Source of the DNA: Escherichia phage vB_EcoP-101114UKE3
Sequence record: NC_070982.1
Direction: 5' to 3' (one strand)
Length of the DNA: 64,000 bases
Part shown: piece by piece, positions 63,871 to 64,000 of the stretch
How positions within the stretch are numbered: position 1 is the stretch's first letter
Layout: the number at the start of each line of letters is the position of its first letter
Notes under the pieces: model-generated
Database searches by the model: none
Seen by the model: the letters and a program-made list of their open reading frames with translations, nothing else
Told to the model about the DNA's origin: nothing
Translations under genes and position numbers: made by a program

Positions 63871-64000
63871 TTATTCCTTAATAGTTGCTTCAGCTTTAAT
63901 AGGAATAACAGCAACATCTTTACGAGGTGCTGTCGCTCGACCTGTGTTAAGGCAGGCTACAAGTCTATGCTCGTCCGCACCCTTGATGCAGAGTCGAGTT
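63871..64000 (-). CDS. Partial CDS, 5' end beyond the window edge
   Basis: Open frame on the minus strand from the window end to TAA at 63871-63873. Confidence 0.35.
   Translation of the reverse strand, partial: TRLCIKGADEHRLVACLNTGRATAPRKDVAVIPIKAEATIKE

Noticed and set aside
1-64000. Lysogeny functions (integrase, repressor, attachment site)
   Set aside because: No tyrosine or serine recombinase-like ORF or repressor-like HTH pair was recognised, so the element is treated as a lytic phage.

Overview
This window reads as about 64 kb of a lytic tailed dsDNA phage genome (no integrase, repressor, tRNA, rRNA or CRISPR array seen), organised as two convergent transcription blocks that meet at a bidirectional terminator near 30.4 kb. 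The plus-strand block (1-30.4 kb) is the packaging and virion module: candidate small and large terminase, portal, scaffold, a major capsid gene with a predicted -1 frameshift into Ig-like domains, tail fibres (one with a self-cleaving C-terminal chaperone), a GH24 lysozyme, a lytic transglycosylase and large Q/N-rich internal proteins. The minus-strand block (30.5-64 kb) carries replication and nucleotide-metabolism genes (primase-helicase, a family A DNA polymerase split into separate exonuclease and polymerase genes, SSB, flap endonuclease, PhoH, ThyX-like, dCTP deaminase, thioredoxin), a phage sigma-70-family factor, an overlapped spanin pair, a Dps-like ferritin, and several tandem families of small paralogous genes. 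The most interesting region is a roughly 10 kb minus-strand operon (51.4-61.5 kb) encoding an ATP-grasp ligase, two amidoligase-like proteins, an Ntn/GAT-II hydrolase that appears to start at AUU, an AIG2/GGCT-like cyclotransferase and interleaved small ORFs, which I read as a candidate peptide-ligation or peptide-tagging system of unknown target. A recurring TAATGTATA-like element sits 20-60 nt upstream of several start codons on both strands and may be the phage's own promoter element. The gene content loosely resembles phiEco32-like phages, but that is a recollection, not a verified match. All calls rest on reading the sequence and ORF translations by eye; no database search, HMM or folding was run.
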